Under the pieces are notes generated by a model. That model made no database searches. It was not told where the DNA came from and saw nothing but the letters and a program-made list of their open reading frames with translations. Made by a program: the position numbers and the translations under genes. From contig CAZAJX010000005.1 of the NCBI GenBank assembly GCA_964485815.1, forward strand, positions 193 through 64,192: DNA of 64,000 nt. The letters run 5' to 3'. Positions 46,756 to 55,424 of the stretch are shown here, piece by piece. Source of the DNA: an uncultured Oscillospiraceae bacterium. GTDB lineage: Bacteria > Bacillota > Clostridia > Oscillospirales > CAG-382. Position 1 is the first letter of the stretch. The number at the start of each line of letters is the position of its first letter.

Positions 46756-47424
46756 TTATGTCATCAACATAAAGCCGATGGTGTTTATGGCGAAATTTGC
46801 AAACATATGCACAAACCACGATGTGTATATGGTTTCGTGCTTTTCGTTAAGATAATTGAATATTCCTCCGCCAACAGCGAGAGCGACAACTACCAACAAA
46901 AACAGACCTATATTGAACCAGCCGATCATCATAGCGACGTGATAAAGAGAAAACGCCACCGAGCTTATTATATACGCCGCCATACGATTAGTACCCTTTT
47001 TAAGATTCATAAACACAAAGCCGCGGAAAAAGAATTCCTCAAGCAGTGAGTTTGCGAAAGAAATATAAAGGGAAACGTATAAAAAGTTATCCTTGGTTAC
47101 ACCTGCGGTGGAAGAAAGAGAACTCACTATTCCCGAAAAATCGAAAAACGGTCTTACGGCAAAATACGCTCCGAGAATTAAAGCGTACAGTCCCACTCCC
47201 AAGGCGAGGGAAACCAAAAAGTGCTTTTTCTCGAATCGGAACAGCGTTTTAAGGGAAACGTCCCTGAAAAACAAAGAAAATAATAAAGGCAAAAGCAAAA
47301 ACAAAAGGATCTTTATACCGGATTTAACTGCATATCCCGGCTGTATAACGCCGTCCACCAGCGCCATTATTCCGCAGGAAACAACGGTTAACGCCAATAT
47401 CCCGAAAACTACGGTCTTTTTCAT
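46756..47424 (-). CDS. CPBP-family intramembrane glutamic endopeptidase
   Basis: LLEEFFFRGF, FSLYH and WFVHMFANF motifs. Confidence 0.85.
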   Translation of the reverse strand: MKKTVVFGILALTVVSCGIMALVDGVIQPGYAVKSGIKILLFLLLPLLFSLFFRDVSLKTLFRFEKKHFLVSLALGVGLYALILGAYFAVRPFFDFSGIVSSLSSTAGVTKDNFLYVSLYISFANSLLEEFFFRGFVFMNLKKGTNRMAAYIISSVAFSLYHVAMMIGWFNIGLFLLVVVALAVGGGIFNYLNEKHETIYTSWFVHMFANFAINTIGFMLMT

Positions 47425-47466
47425 TTTTGCTCCCTTCTTGTTAAGTAAAATACGCTCTTAAAGCTT

Positions 47467-48702
47467 TTAGTCTATCAGACCGGCGAAATATCTGTTCCAC
47501 GCGCCGGTATTGCCCATTGACGAGTTTACCATAAAGAGGATATCGTCAAAATTATAATCGCCAAACTTTTCGTATACGTTAAGATCGCCTGCATAGCGGG
47601 GGTCTACCACTACTATATTTCCGTAATGCTCGGTAAGGAAAGGAATACAAGCGTTGGCATAAGAATCCTTAATGATCAAAATAGATTTATCCTGATCATT
47701 TTCAGGCACGTTGATGATCATATAGGGATGATCTCCGCCGATAAACGCGGGATATCCTTTTATGGAAGTGATTATGCAGGTTTTGTAGGTTGATACACCG
47801 AAACCGCCGTGTATGGTCATCGTACACTCTTTTCTGGGCATATACGCTTCGATAGTATCGTAAAACTGTTTAACGCGGTAATCGTTGGTAAAACCGTACA
47901 TAGAGCCGATATAGTTTTCCCGTATTATCTCAATCTCGAACTCCTCAATAGGAGTGGGCTCAAGACCGATGGAACGCACGAATTCGGCATATGCGTAATA
48001 CGCACCGCGCTGTGTCCAGTGATGGTCGCTTCGGAAATAAAGGTATTCATCCAGATGATCGGTATAAATATTTTTAAGATTTACGAAATTAATATCCTCG
48101 TTGGTAATAGCCGCTTCCATTTTATCTAAAATATCGCTTTGGCTGGAAATGCGGGCATTTATCTCGGGATCGGTGATCAATATGGTAGCAAGAGGTGCGA
48201 TAACTACGTTTATACGGGATTCGGGGAAAAGCTCGGCGTATTTATCGTAAACCTCGGCATACTTGGGAGCTTGCGTGGCGCTGAAAAAGGACTGAGTATA
48301 TGCCGCGCCTTTATACAGTACGAATCCGCCGTCAAGATATATGGGCTTGCCGTCGTCAACGTAAGGCGGTAAAACGATTTCGGGAGTAGACGTTTCGGGA
48401 GCAGATGTTTCGGGAGCAGATGTTTCGGGCACGGAAACTTCGGGTTCCTCGGAAACCTCGCTTTCATCGGGCAAAGAGTCCTCGATGGATATTTCCTCGC
48501 TCACTTCATCGGAGCTTTCGGGATACACGCTTTCATCTGCGGAAACCTCTTCGGAAACAGAAACTTCGCTTTCCTCCACGCTTACTGCAGACGAATTATC
48601 AAAAAGCGATTGCTCGGGAGAAGAGAACTCATTATCCGCCACACAACCGAAAGCTAAAACAAGCAAAGCGGACGCAAGGACCGCAAGAACATACTTTTTC
48701 AT
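47467..48702 (-). CDS. DHHW-family lipoprotein (paralogue of 11604-12899)
   Basis: Lipobox AFGC, acidic S/E/P linker, FRSDHHWTQRGAYYAY motif. ATG at 48702. Confidence 0.82.
   Translation of the reverse strand: MKKYVLAVLASALLVLAFGCVADNEFSSPEQSLFDNSSAVSVEESEVSVSEEVSADESVYPESSDEVSEEISIEDSLPDESEVSEEPEVSVPETSAPETSAPETSTPEIVLPPYVDDGKPIYLDGGFVLYKGAAYTQSFFSATQAPKYAEVYDKYAELFPESRINVVIAPLATILITDPEINARISSQSDILDKMEAAITNEDINFVNLKNIYTDHLDEYLYFRSDHHWTQRGAYYAYAEFVRSIGLEPTPIEEFEIEIIRENYIGSMYGFTNDYRVKQFYDTIEAYMPRKECTMTIHGGFGVSTYKTCIITSIKGYPAFIGGDHPYMIINVPENDQDKSILIIKDSYANACIPFLTEHYGNIVVVDPRYAGDLNVYEKFGDYNFDDILFMVNSSMGNTGAWNRYFAGLID
48381..48455 (-). repeat. 15-nt tandem repeat (about 5 units) encoding PETSA-type pentapeptides
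   Basis: cgggagtagacgttt / cgggagcagatgttt x2 / cgggcacggaaactt / cgggttcctcggaaa. Confidence 0.75.
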
Positions 48703-48788
48703 ATATACAAACCTTCCATTAATTGGTAATTTCGAGTATATCACAAAGCTCTAGCAAATTCAATATACACAATAACGAGGTTAGACTG

Positions 48789-48816
48789 TTGACACTTCGT
48801 TTTTTTGTGCTATACT
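48789..48816 (+). promoter_or_regulatory. putative promoter (TTGACA-16-TATACT with TGc extended -10)
   Basis: ttgaca at 48789-48794, tatact at 48811-48816, upstream of the VOC gene. Confidence 0.55.
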
Positions 48817-48842
48817 TAAAGAAAAAGGAGTTTTTTACATAT

Positions 48843-49238
48843 ATGGGACTTACAAAAGGAATACACCACATAGCCATTAAGGCAAAAGGAATTGAGCAGT
48901 ACCGCAAAACGTTGGATTTTTACGTAAACGTTTTGGGAATGAAAACCGTGAGAAGCTGGGGCGAAGGAGATAACCTTGGCTCAATGGTGGACACGGGCAA
49001 CAGCGTGATGGAGATATTCTCAAACGCACCCGATGTGTTCGGCGAAGGCGCTTTGCGCCATATCGCTTTTGATGTTGAGGATACGGATGCCTGCATAAAC
49101 GCCGTAAAGGAAGCAGGATATACCGTAACGGTAGAGCCGAAGGACATCGTTATTCAAGCGGACGTTCCCCTTTCTGCCAGAATAGCCTTCTGTATAGGTC
49201 CTGTGGGTGAAACTATAGAATTTTTCCAAGTGAAATAA
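48843..49238 (+). CDS. VOC-family (glyoxalase/bleomycin-resistance fold) protein
   Basis: GIHHIAIKA...FYVNVLGM...RHIAFDVED. ATG at 48843 after AAGGAG. Confidence 0.8.
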   Translation: MGLTKGIHHIAIKAKGIEQYRKTLDFYVNVLGMKTVRSWGEGDNLGSMVDTGNSVMEIFSNAPDVFGEGALRHIAFDVEDTDACINAVKEAGYTVTVEPKDIVIQADVPLSARIAFCIGPVGETIEFFQVK

Positions 49239-49253
49239 AACATTAAAAAGACA

Positions 49254-49295
49254 CCGCCGCAAATAATCAGTTTTGATTACCTGCGGCGGATTTTT
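49254..49295. terminator. bidirectional terminator between the VOC gene and trxA
   Basis: ccgccgca ... tgcggcgg stem with T-run after it and A-run before it. Confidence 0.7.
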
Positions 49296-49303
49296 ATGCC
49301 TTA

Positions 49304-49615
49304 TTAAGCTTCAAGGAGCTTAAGTATCTTTTCCTTGGGAATAACACCCACGGATTTATTTACCGTTTCGCCGTTTTTCATAACAATGAGAGTGGGGATA
49401 TTGGTAATGCCGAATTGCTTTGCCAATGCGCCGTCTTTATCGACGTCTATTTTGCAAACAGCGTATTCGGGGTGCTCTGCGGCAACCTCATCAATAATGG
49501 GAGCCAGCATACGGCAGGGACCGCACCAGGTTGCCCAGAAATCGATAAGCACGGTTTTTTCGGATTTTAATACTATTTCTTCGAAATTGGAAGAATCGAC
49601 GTGAATTACAGACAT
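49304..49615 (-). CDS. trxA: thioredoxin
   Basis: WCGPC active site. ATG at 49615 after AAGGAG. Confidence 0.9.
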   Translation of the reverse strand: MSVIHVDSSNFEEIVLKSEKTVLIDFWATWCGPCRMLAPIIDEVAAEHPEYAVCKIDVDKDGALAKQFGITNIPTLIVMKNGETVNKSVGVIPKEKILKLLEA

Positions 49616-49639
49616 TTGTTTTTCTCCTTTAAACATAAT

Positions 49640-51175
49640 TTATTTTATTTCGAGATACTTTCTTAAATAAGCATCCCGTCTGGAAAGCCATTCTTTAAGT
49701 ACCTGTACGTTTCCTTCAAAGGTGGATTCGGGAGATTCATCCTCGAAATCACAATAAGGATGACTTACGCTCCAGCCCGCTTCGTTATAATTGCGGGCAA
49801 AGGTTTTTTCATAGGTTTCGCAAAGGGTATCTATATAACCGCCGTCTGCGTAAAGAGAAGCGATATTATCGGAAAGGGAAGCATACTTTTCCTTGACAGC
49901 ATCCGAAAAGAAAGCGCATTTCATAAGCGAAGCATACCATTCCTGCTGTGCCCATATGCCGGACGCGCTGTCCCAGGATTTATCGCCGTATCCGTCAGCA
50001 TTGTTATAAATATGGTATTTATCCTGAAAATAATAATGGGAAACGTTGCCCGTGGAAAGGTCCATATCCCAGATGGGACCCGCGTACAAAACTCCGCCTT
50101 TTCGGTAAAAATAGGTAGAGCCGGTAACCATATCGCAATCCTTGAGCAGCTCATGAATAATATAGGCAGATACGAAAGAATCTACATCTATAAGCTTTTC
50201 GATCTTTCCTTTGTTGCCCGATGCGATGGCATCGTCAACCTGCTTCATAAAGTCAACTATCTCTCGTTGCTGACCGTGGGAAAGCTCATTACGCTCGGGA
50301 GTATCAAAAACGTATCCCGCACCGCCGCGAAGGAAGAAATCATTTTCATCCTCAAGCAAAATGATACGCTCAACAAGAAAATCTCCGTTTTTGGTATCGA
50401 GATCCAGTGTGCCGTCGGACACGGGCTGGGTAATGAGATAGTTTCCGCACAAGGTATTATTGACATAAACATCGCAATATTTACTCTGAATGGAAGCAAT
50501 ATCGCCGCACATTGCCGAAAAATCAAACGCCAGCTTGTTGCGCATTAAGGTTTTGTCGTAATGGTTTGCAATAAGACACCACTTTCTGCCCTCGGTCATA
50601 CCTAAAACAGAAGTCTTTTCGGTAAATTTGATGTTATAAGGCTTTTTATCCGCAGTTGCGGTAGAATTGCCGCGAACACGGATGGTTATATCCTCGACTA
50701 TATCGCCGTATGAGCCGTCAACGCTATCGATAATATAGATGCGGGCATCTATATACTCTTCCCTGCCGATCTCTCGGTCTGCGTAAATATGCACCGTGGG
50801 AACATCACGGCGGGCATATTCAGCGTTTGCTTTTAAAACAAGTATTTGCTTATACAGTTCTGTGCCCTGTGAAATGCACTCGTTATCATCCTCAGGAGGA
50901 GAAATAACGAAATCATTGACTTGGGAAACCAGATCGCGATAAGAGCTATACCACTCCTCGGTATACAAGGCGCGGTAAACCCTTTCGTCTGTCAAACGTA
51001 CCAAGGCTCTGCGAAGCTCGGAAGCGGAAGAAAACTCCGGCACGGACACCTGAATGTCTGTACCCGATACGTTTTCTCCCCCAACGGAAGCATCGCTTCC
51101 CTGAGAGCATCCAAACATCAAAAACAAGGATACGCAAATTAAAATTAAAATAAAAAGTTTGTTTTTAGTTGACAT
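49640..51175 (-). CDS. CotH-family protein (atypical kinase fold), lipoprotein
   Basis: Lipobox MFGC. KPYNIKF...RKWCLIANHYDKTLMRNKLAFDF resembles CotH. Start is ATG 51175 or TTG 51193. Confidence 0.8.
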   Translation of the reverse strand: MSTKNKLFILILICVSLFLMFGCSQGSDASVGGENVSGTDIQVSVPEFSSASELRRALVRLTDERVYRALYTEEWYSSYRDLVSQVNDFVISPPEDDNECISQGTELYKQILVLKANAEYARRDVPTVHIYADREIGREEYIDARIYIIDSVDGSYGDIVEDITIRVRGNSTATADKKPYNIKFTEKTSVLGMTEGRKWCLIANHYDKTLMRNKLAFDFSAMCGDIASIQSKYCDVYVNNTLCGNYLITQPVSDGTLDLDTKNGDFLVERIILLEDENDFFLRGGAGYVFDTPERNELSHGQQREIVDFMKQVDDAIASGNKGKIEKLIDVDSFVSAYIIHELLKDCDMVTGSTYFYRKGGVLYAGPIWDMDLSTGNVSHYYFQDKYHIYNNADGYGDKSWDSASGIWAQQEWYASLMKCAFFSDAVKEKYASLSDNIASLYADGGYIDTLCETYEKTFARNYNEAGWSVSHPYCDFEDESPESTFEGNVQVLKEWLSRRDAYLRKYLEIK

Positions 51176-51231
51176 AACATTTATTACGGTCAACTCTCGT
51201 TGCCGTGTTGGTAGTATTTTCGTGCCGCTCG

Positions 51232-54200
51232 TTATCCCTTAACTACTATCTCTACCACGCATTCCTCGGATTCGCCGAGAAGGTTGTTGTAGGTGTAGGT
51301 AAACGTATCGGTTCCGGTAAAGCCCTTGTCGGGATAGTATGCAAACGTTCCGTCATCGGACAAGGAAACCGTACCGCGCTCGGGCATAGATGCAAGGCTA
51401 AAGAGCTGATACTCGTTATCGGGATTCAAGGTATCGTAATATACCGTTTCCTTGGTCGCTTCTCCGGTAAAGGTATCCTTTTTATCGGGCGTTACGTCAA
51501 GATCGCCCTTTGCGAAGTGATAAGTTGCATCGTAGAGCATACGGCAGAGGGGATCATCGGAATAGCCCATTGCGGAGATATTATCTCTATCGTTGTAATA
51601 AACGTGGATGGAATCGATATATCCGTAAACCTCGCCGTAATAGAGATACAGCATATAGTTACGTGCAAAGTGTATATCGGACATTGCTTCGCGGGTATGC
51701 TCTATCTCAACGCTCATCTTGTTATACTTGGTGAGCATTGCGGTAGAATCAAAGCGCCACAGAGGTGCTTCAAGATCAAATACAACGTTGGGCTGCATAT
51801 TTACAAAGTCAAAGCCCATTTCGTATCCGAGGAAATAACGGTTTGCGGTGTAATAAGGAATCCACCAGAAGTAGCTGCCCATATCGTGAACGATATCAGC
51901 AACCTCAGCAATAATGTGAGAATCGTCCTTGGACCAGATAACTTCCTCGTTCATCCAATAGAAGCCGCCCAATTCAAGGTTTTCATAGCCGCAATCAGCA
52001 AATTCCTGCTGGCACTTGCCAATATACCATCTGAGTATTTTTTCTCTGTCTTCGGCGGTTTTGGTGGTTTCGGGAACACCGTCGCCGTCAACGTCACCGA
52101 AATTATCTGTTTCGTTACTGATGGTAAGAATGGTAACGTATACCTGAACCTTATGGTCCTTGTAATCCTCGCCCAAAGTATCCTTTACGGTCTGAACGGT
52201 TTCCTCAAGAACGTCAAATCCGTATACGCCGTGGAAGGTGGTTTCAAACAGCCATTCCCAGTCGGACATAACAGGCACTTCGTGAGGAGCCGTGCCCGAA
52301 GGCAGAGGATTTGCGGGAAGATATGCAAAGCCATCCATAAAGGTATCCTTTATGTTGCCGTCCTCATCAAGATATGCAACGTAAGGAAGAAGCATATCCT
52401 TTTTGGGATTTTCAGCGTCTTTATCGCTGATATATACAAGGTTTATATCTTCTGCTTTAATAGGAGTGTTTTCGGTGGTAGCGTACTGCGCGTTATCGTA
52501 ATTGCTGTAGAAAATTACACTGTCTATACCGCTGTCGGCAAGACGAACGGTTTTGCCGGTAACGGCTTTGGTGCCAAAGGCTTCCATTTCGTCGAGATAC
52601 AGCCAGCCGTCTGCCTCTACGCGGAAGCGGACAAAGCGGGCAGAATAAGTCTTATCCAATTCAAATACATAATTTGCGTGGTGGTTATCTCTGACTTCGC
52701 CGTCATCGGAGGTCTTGCGGCTGCCTACCTTGTACCAGTTGACACCGTCATCGGAAAGGAAGACACCGCAGAATTTGGGGCGGTTTACAGCCCAACTGCC
52801 GTATTCAAGGAAGCTGAGCACCAATTTATCCACAGAGGATACCTTGCCCAGATCGTAAAAGAAGTTATATCCTTTGCCGCCGAACATATAGAAGTATTCG
52901 CCGGAAGCGCGATCGGTAGAAGCGGCACGCTTACCGTCGGTAAGTGCGGTGTTGGTAGCGGGTGAGGTATTTTTGGAGTATGTAAGGATATCTGCATAAT
53001 GAACTGCCGAAACGTGCATTTCCACGCCCTTGAGCAGGTTCTGATACTTGGTGTAATCGGTTTCGGTTGCAGACCAGAATTCATCCTCTGTAACAACGGG
53101 AAGATCAAGAGGAGGATACATCTCGTTAAGCACCTTATCGGAATAGCCTGCAAGTACCTCTATTTCTTCTACCCAGAAAGCGCCTGTTCCGCCGAATTCA
53201 AAGCGAACCTGCTTCACATTTACATACTCGCTGAGGATAAGAGTATATGCGAAATGAGTTCCGCCCGCAGGAGCGTATACTCTGCCAAGCAAAACGAAAT
53301 CCTTGCCATCCTTGGAGCCGTAAACGTCCACGTAATCGGGATAAGCGATATCGGGACCAATGCCCATAGCGTGAACGCGGAAGCCGAATACGTTATCGTA
53401 GCTTTCGCCCAGATTAACGGTTATCTTGGGAGCGCTTCCGTCTTTGCCCTTGAAGCCTACCCAATAATCCTCACCGAAGAAACGTCCCGTGGGGTTTCCG
53501 TCGGTAAGTAAGGTTTTTAAATTCTCATCATACTTTTCGCCTGCGGCGGGAGCGCGATCGTCAAAGCTGCAATCGGAATACGAATAAGACTTGCTGTACG
53601 CAATATTTGCGGAAACCAGATAATCCGCCTTTTCGGAGGTGGAAAGAGCTTTCCAAGCGGTTTTATCTATATTTTCGTTTTTGTATGCTTCGAGAGTTGA
53701 CGCACTCGTATTCTTTGCGGGAACGTCTGCGTATACCTCGATCTCATCTAAAAAGAAGAATGCGGACGTAAGATATACACGTATCTTAAGGTACCTGTAA
53801 TCAACGGGCTTTTCCAGCAAAAGAGTTGCGGTACAAATGCTTCTGTCTGCTTTGGGAGTGAAATAAACGGTATCCAGACCTTCCCAGTCCTCGCCGTCAT
53901 TAGAACCGCTGATTCGGATATGGGAGGGTAATTTTACTCCGTCGGAATAAAATTCAAAGGCACGAACGGATATTTCGGTAAGACGTTTGCCGTCATCGCC
54001 CAGATCAAGTATAAACTGTCCGTTGGATTCAAAGCCCACCATTCTCGCGTCGGTATAATGAACATAAGTATCGGGAGTTTTCTGACCGTCGGTAAGCTGT
54101 TGTCCGCAGTAATCCTCATATCTGGTGGATGCGGGAACAAGGGACTTATAAGGTTTGCCAACGCTCACAAGCGTTCTGTTTGCGTTTTCGGGATCGTATG

Positions 54201-54321
54201 ACACTTCACCATCACCTGAGCTTTCGTTAACGTTCGTGCTTTCTTCATTAGGTGTTGTGCAAGAGCAAAAAACAAACAACACCGCAAGGAAGAGCGAAAG
54301 TATTCTGACAAAGCGTTTCAT
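51232..54321 (-). CDS. 1029-aa multidomain lipoprotein: three discoidin-like LTDG modules, a DUF4855-like domain and a C-terminal Ig-like domain
   Basis: Lipobox FCSC. LTDG-containing modules recur three times. The DUF4855 assignment is recalled, not tested. Confidence 0.75.
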   Translation of the reverse strand: MKRFVRILSLFLAVLFVFCSCTTPNEESTNVNESSGDGEVSYDPENANRTLVSVGKPYKSLVPASTRYEDYCGQQLTDGQKTPDTYVHYTDARMVGFESNGQFILDLGDDGKRLTEISVRAFEFYSDGVKLPSHIRISGSNDGEDWEGLDTVYFTPKADRSICTATLLLEKPVDYRYLKIRVYLTSAFFFLDEIEVYADVPAKNTSASTLEAYKNENIDKTAWKALSTSEKADYLVSANIAYSKSYSYSDCSFDDRAPAAGEKYDENLKTLLTDGNPTGRFFGEDYWVGFKGKDGSAPKITVNLGESYDNVFGFRVHAMGIGPDIAYPDYVDVYGSKDGKDFVLLGRVYAPAGGTHFAYTLILSEYVNVKQVRFEFGGTGAFWVEEIEVLAGYSDKVLNEMYPPLDLPVVTEDEFWSATETDYTKYQNLLKGVEMHVSAVHYADILTYSKNTSPATNTALTDGKRAASTDRASGEYFYMFGGKGYNFFYDLGKVSSVDKLVLSFLEYGSWAVNRPKFCGVFLSDDGVNWYKVGSRKTSDDGEVRDNHHANYVFELDKTYSARFVRFRVEADGWLYLDEMEAFGTKAVTGKTVRLADSGIDSVIFYSNYDNAQYATTENTPIKAEDINLVYISDKDAENPKKDMLLPYVAYLDEDGNIKDTFMDGFAYLPANPLPSGTAPHEVPVMSDWEWLFETTFHGVYGFDVLEETVQTVKDTLGEDYKDHKVQVYVTILTISNETDNFGDVDGDGVPETTKTAEDREKILRWYIGKCQQEFADCGYENLELGGFYWMNEEVIWSKDDSHIIAEVADIVHDMGSYFWWIPYYTANRYFLGYEMGFDFVNMQPNVVFDLEAPLWRFDSTAMLTKYNKMSVEIEHTREAMSDIHFARNYMLYLYYGEVYGYIDSIHVYYNDRDNISAMGYSDDPLCRMLYDATYHFAKGDLDVTPDKKDTFTGEATKETVYYDTLNPDNEYQLFSLASMPERGTVSLSDDGTFAYYPDKGFTGTDTFTYTYNNLLGESEECVVEIVVKG

Positions 54322-54490
54322 TGGGTTACCTCTCTCTGCCGCATCTGATTCGGCATATTTATATACATTATATATTTTACCTTGTTTTTAACAAAAAGTC
54401 AACACAAAAAGACCTCACTTACAATCTCAGACCGACATAAACTGAAGTAAGCGCAAAAAGCGCAAGGAAAGTAAAGGAGAAAAAGATTTA

Positions 54491-55345
54491 ATGGCAACAT
54501 TTTCAAATACCGCCACGTTATCCTACAGCGGCGGTACTGTAAATTCAAATACCGTATTCGGGACTATACAAGAGGCCCTTACCATAACCAAAACGGCTGT
54601 AAACGAGAATTACACCGTAGGCGATACCGTAACCTATATCGTAAGCCTGGTAAATAACGGCAGCAGCGATCTGAACGGCGTGAACGTTACCGACGATATG
54701 GGCAGTTATCTGTGCAACGTAACAACGGTATATCCGCTGGAATACAACGAGGGCAATGTTAGATATTATGTAAACGGGACTCTTCAGGATGCCCCTACCG
54801 TAACACAAAACGGAAACGTTGTTTTTTCCGGTCTTACCGTCCCCGCAGGGGGTAATGCTATGCTGATATACGAAGCAACGGTTACACGCTACGCACCGCC
54901 CCAAAGCGAAGGTCAGATAAACAACACCGCTACGGTGTGCGGTATATGCATTAACACCTGCATAAGCGATACCGCTACCGTAACCGCCACCGATGAACCC
55001 AGACTTTCTATATGCAAAGCGGTTTCTCCTGCGGTGGTAAACGCAAACGGCACGCTGACTTATACCTTCACCATACAAAACACGGGCAACGTGGAGGCTG
55101 TCGCTACGGACAACGTGGTGATAACGGACATTTTCGATCCCGTTTTGAATATAACCTCCGTGGTCTACAACGATACCCCCTGGTCCTCTCCCGCAAACTA
55201 CACCTACAGCAATATTACGGGACAGTTCACCACGGGAGTCGGTCAGATAACCGTTCCCGCCGCCACCTACGAGCAGGACGCCACCTGCGGTTGGATGGTA
55301 ACTCCCGGTGTAAGCACCCTTACCGTAACGGGAACAATTCAATAA
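54491..55345 (+). CDS. two-domain DUF11 (conserved repeat domain) protein without signal peptide
   Basis: LTITKTAVNENYTVGDTVTYIVSLVNNG...VNVTD and LSICKAV...GTLTYTFTIQNTGN...VVITD. Strong AAAGGAGA RBS. Confidence 0.75.
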   Translation: MATFSNTATLSYSGGTVNSNTVFGTIQEALTITKTAVNENYTVGDTVTYIVSLVNNGSSDLNGVNVTDDMGSYLCNVTTVYPLEYNEGNVRYYVNGTLQDAPTVTQNGNVVFSGLTVPAGGNAMLIYEATVTRYAPPQSEGQINNTATVCGICINTCISDTATVTATDEPRLSICKAVSPAVVNANGTLTYTFTIQNTGNVEAVATDNVVITDIFDPVLNITSVVYNDTPWSSPANYTYSNITGQFTTGVGQITVPAATYEQDATCGWMVTPGVSTLTVTGTIQ

Positions 55346-55351
55346 CAACAA

Positions 55352-55391
55352 TCACCCCAAGAAGTCTAACGGCTTCTTGAGGACCCCGACA
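55352..55391 (+). repeat. degenerate copy of the CCCC-stem-GGGG-ACCCCGA element
   Basis: tcaCCCCAAGAAG tctaacgg CTTCTTGaGG ACCCCGACA. Confidence 0.65.
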
Positions 55392-55393
55392 GC

Positions 55394-55422
55394 AAAAAGA
55401 GCAGATAAAATCTGCTCTTTTT
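55394..55422. terminator. bidirectional terminator
   Basis: agagcagat / atctgctct stem with 3-nt loop, A-run before it and T-run after it. Confidence 0.7.
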
Positions 55423-55424
55423 GG

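Noticed and set aside
51205-52965. 586-aa plus-strand ORF inside the 1029-aa lipoprotein gene
   Set aside because: Antisense shadow ORF with an I/V/G/F-rich, featureless translation and no RBS.
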